A stretch of DNA of 63,507 nt, filler included, from Sphacelaria rigidula (Eukaryota): the NCBI GenBank assembly GCA_964200075.2. It is 11 parts of 11 records of this genome, joined end to end, with 100 filler letters (N's around TTAATTAATTAA, not from the genome) between each part and the next. Parts side by side here need not be neighbours in the genome. Positions count along the whole stretch, not along the records: positions 57,826 to 63,507 come from CAXNAA020025293.1; 10 more parts are not named here. The stretch is one strand, 5' to 3'. A program made the translations under genes and the position numbers. Below, in pieces: positions 62,877 through 63,507 of this stretch (position 1 is its first letter; each line of letters starts with the position of its first letter). The notes below the pieces were generated by a model, which had not been told where the DNA came from, ran no database searches, and saw only the letters and a program-made list of their open reading frames with translations.

Positions 62877-63507
62877 CTGAATGCGTGTGGACGGTAAAAA
62901 TACATTACACAGGCGAGAAAAATGGAGATGGGGGTGGGAGCTAGCGAGAGAGTAGAATGAGCGGAAGAGAACCAACAATGAGCAACTGGAGAACCAACAA
63001 TGAGCCACCCAAAAACCAAAAAGGGCACCGATGAGTAACCAAGAAGATAAGTGAGAAAGGATTCAGCACCATGTTAGCGTTCCGAAAGATAACCGAGAGG
63101 TTCATCGTCCGCAAAAAATTGAACCAGAGAAGGAAAAACGGAGAACTGAATCAACTGGCAACGCTCAAGAAGGCGCATAAGAGACGTGCACAGGAAACAG
63201 AAGAAGATTAGTCGAGGAAACCATAAAGCTGCAACACCCGGAGGGCCTTGTCAAAAGGAGAAAAACATGAAATGACTAATGCCGAGATAGCCCCCCTACA
63301 AAAAGTGTACCGGAGACCGTCCGACGAACCGAATGCAATCCCACTATTGAGCTCATTTACAGCAATTTCGCCCACATGAGAGGCGTGTAGAAACCCGAAA
63401 TCAGCTATAACGCCCAAATGAGTCGCGTCGTGCAGCACGAAACCAGATCTAACGGCATTTCTGATCATCGCTGCCGTGCACTTTTTGGCCGGTTCGGGGG
63501 GGGGGGG

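Overview
Eukaryotic, repeat-rich DNA. Intron-rich genes, TTAGGG motifs and the repeat types suggest a stramenopile, probably a brown alga (inference). The window is not one locus. It is 11 unlinked contigs of 5682-5683 bp joined by ten artificial 100-bp N44-TTAATTAATTAA-N44 spacers, so adjacency across spacers means nothing. Contig 1 is a ~930-935 bp tandem array (~5.6 units). Five units each carry a conserved ~106-nt cassette with a Pol III A-box, a perfect B-box, a GAAA-tetraloop hairpin and a T5 terminator, followed directly by a Tc1/mariner-like terminus. A Helitron-like 3' end abuts the array at an A|T site. The other contigs hold decayed Copia gag/LTR and pol, Gypsy integrase and LINE RT fragments. 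They also hold many non-autonomous DNA elements with recognisable TIRs/TSDs (hAT-, mariner-, piggyBac- and PIF-like; several nested or built from minisatellites). Exons of three host genes are visible: a PAS-domain protein, a probable WHEP-domain aspartyl-tRNA synthetase and a PDZ-like protein. No prokaryotic operon, rRNA, canonical tRNA or CRISPR array is supported.
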